Shown: positions 62,630-64,000 of the stretch, in pieces | Layout: the number at the start of each line of letters is the position of its first letter | Position numbering within the stretch: the stretch's first letter is position 1 | Source of the DNA: an uncultured Micavibrio sp. | Lineage (GTDB): Bacteria > Pseudomonadota > Alphaproteobacteria > Micavibrionales > UBA2020 | Assembly (NCBI GenBank): GCA_964534445.1 | Contig: CAZHOE010000003.1 | Span: 469,563 to 533,562, forward strand | Direction: 5' to 3' | Length of the DNA: 64,000 bases | Notes under the pieces: generated by a model | Seen by the model: only the letters and a program-made list of their open reading frames with translations | Told to the model about the DNA's origin: nothing | Databases searched by the model: none | Translations under genes and position numbers: made by a program

Positions 62630-63400
62630 CTAAACCTGCGGTCCGTTTTTGCGTTGCGGCTTCGGTGTGGGCGGCGTGTTGTCGTTGCGGCCTTCCATTT
62701 CCGGCGGCAGGGGCAGTTTGACGTTTTCGTCTTCGCGGCGGCGGCGCATCCAGAAGGGCAGCAGGAAGATCGATCCCAGTGCCGCGCCGCCCAGCGCGCC
62801 GGCCATGCCGGCGGTGTCGCTGTAATCCTGCCCCAACGACATGATGTCACCGATCTCGCGGGCGCGTTCAGGGTCGGTCATGTCTTCATCATCAAAGAAA
62901 AAGGCAAAGGCCTGCACAGCCTGCGCATCCTGCCAGTACATGATCCCGTCACTGTAATTGCCTGTCACGTCAGTGACATCGATGCCAATGCGATTGTCAA
63001 ATTCGTCCACCAGCGTTTTGTAATCCTGTTCGGACAGATTTTCGGCAAGGCGCAGGTTGTTGATGAAATCTACCGCGGCCGTTTTTTGGCCGTCGGCGGT
63101 GCGATGGCTCAGGATATCAGTCATGGATTGGCGAAATTCGGCCATGCGCTCCGCGCGCAACGGATCGGTCACGGCATCGGCGGGAATATCACCGCGCATG
63201 AATTGTTCTTCCGTCGTGTTTTCCGACAATTGTGCAAGGGTGAACTGGCTGATCTGCGGCTGGGTTTGGTCGATGGCGATTTCGTGGCCGATGTAGCCAC
63301 CGCCTGCCGCGCCCAGCATCAAGAGGGCAGAGGCGGTGAACACACGGGCTTTCTTACCGGCGGCTTTGGCTTTGTCGTTAAAAAATTTGCGGATCGACAT
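62630..63400 (-). CDS. hypothetical bitopic membrane protein with acidic central domain
   Basis: N-terminal TM helix (FTASALLMLGAAGGGYIG) and C-terminal TM helix (GALGGAALGSIFLLPFW), then a basic/Pro-rich tail. No family recognised. Confidence 0.5.
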   Translation of the reverse strand: MSIRKFFNDKAKAAGKKARVFTASALLMLGAAGGGYIGHEIAIDQTQPQISQFTLAQLSENTTEEQFMRGDIPADAVTDPLRAERMAEFRQSMTDILSHRTADGQKTAAVDFINNLRLAENLSEQDYKTLVDEFDNRIGIDVTDVTGNYSDGIMYWQDAQAVQAFAFFFDDEDMTDPERAREIGDIMSLGQDYSDTAGMAGALGGAALGSIFLLPFWMRRRREDENVKLPLPPEMEGRNDNTPPTPKPQRKNGPQV

Positions 63401-63528
63401 ATGGTTTCTCCTGCGGCCACGGTTGGCGCATGTATGAATAGTTTGGTTATGTATATAAAAACTGGCGGCATGTTAGGACGCAAGGGCGGCACTGTCAATA
63501 CAGTCTGGAAAATGCTGCGCTGCCGTGT

Positions 63529-64000
63529 TTATACGGCAAGGGCGAGCAGCAGCAGCAGACCGAAATCGCGATTGGCCTTGAACATGCCAAGGCTGCTATG
63601 GTTATTATCCATATCCCAGTTTTTGACCTGCCACGCGGCATGGGCTGCGGGCAGGAGCATCAGCGCGAGCGCAGGGGTGACTCCTGCGGCCATCATTTTG
63701 GCAACAGCGAAAAAGGCGAGCGCGAGCATAAAAAAAGTGCCGACCCATTTCTTGCTCTTTTCCGCAAACAGGCGGGCGGTGGATTTGATGCCGACCAGCG
63801 CATCGTCTTCTTTGTCCTGATGGGCATAGATCGTGTCATAAGACAGTGTCCAGAAAATGCCGCCGACATAGAGCAACAGGGCAGGCAGCCCGACCATGCC
63901 CGTCACCGCCGACCAGCCGACCAGCGCGCCCCAGTTAAATGTGAAGCCCAGAAAAAGCTGTGGCCACCATGTCACACGCTTCATCAAAGGATAGGCAATC
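63529..64000 (-). CDS. ubiA: 4-hydroxybenzoate polyprenyltransferase UbiA (C-terminal part; continues past window end)
   Basis: [20 protein letters not shown]...[20 protein letters not shown] is the second Asp-rich UbiA motif. The frame is open to position 64000. Confidence 0.85.
   Translation of the reverse strand, partial: IAYPLMKRVTWWPQLFLGFTFNWGALVGWSAVTGMVGLPALLLYVGGIFWTLSYDTIYAHQDKEDDALVGIKSTARLFAEKSKKWVGTFFMLALAFFAVAKMMAAGVTPALALMLLPAAHAAWQVKNWDMDNNHSSLGMFKANRDFGLLLLLALAV

Noticed and set aside
1-64000. Scan for CRISPR arrays, IS/transposase or integrase genes, prophage blocks, tRNA and rRNA genes
   Set aside because: None found by eye. The only perfect tandem repeat is the 4 x 12 bp array at 51537. 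There are no long terminal inverted repeats and no recombinase-like ORFs. A computational scan (tRNAscan-SE, Infernal, ISfinder) would be needed to exclude small RNAs.

Overview
This window reads as a roughly 55% GC alphaproteobacterial chromosomal segment. That call is an inference from a CckA-type kinase, TTAA-N7-TTAA boxes, alpha-type flagellar gene order, and rlmE-guaB-rsmB-like and comF-methyltransferase synteny. All calls come from reading the supplied translations and the DNA by eye; no searches were run.

Most of the window is densely packed housekeeping:
- Core genes: lepA, pgi, rpe, dapA, smpB, recA, cspA, hupB, dgkA, cobB.
- rRNA methyltransferases: rsmB, rlmE, rlmJ.
- Peptidases and cell wall: an M16 peptidase pair, a prolyl oligopeptidase, and slt.
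- Scattered ubiquinone genes: ubiH-family, ubiG, ubiA.
- ABC, ABC-F and MFS transporters.
- A DUF58/BatA-like membrane operon.
- A flagellar export/rod cluster: flhB-fliR-fliQ-fliE-flgC-flgB, divergent from an flhB-C-like gene, an unknown ORF, fliO, fliP and a DUF3137-like gene. It sits next to a CckA-like hybrid kinase.

I saw no rRNA, tRNA, CRISPR array, transposase or integrase.

The stretches the housekeeping calls do not explain are:
1. Four tandem paralogous small ORFs sharing a DGFW[IV]T core. They have two near-consensus promoters and lie between the recA terminator and smpB.
2. A run of four orphan genes (49956-52789) containing a 4 x 12 bp ATTAAT-bearing tandem repeat, with TTAA-N7-TTAA upstream.
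3. A guaB-locus IMPDH homolog that lacks the catalytic cysteine loop.
4. A 938-aa methyltransferase fusion protein inserted between comF and its usual methyltransferase neighbour.
5. Two promoter-plus-SD-equipped micro-ORFs.

The many long antisense ORFs in the track are treated as GC-bias artefacts.
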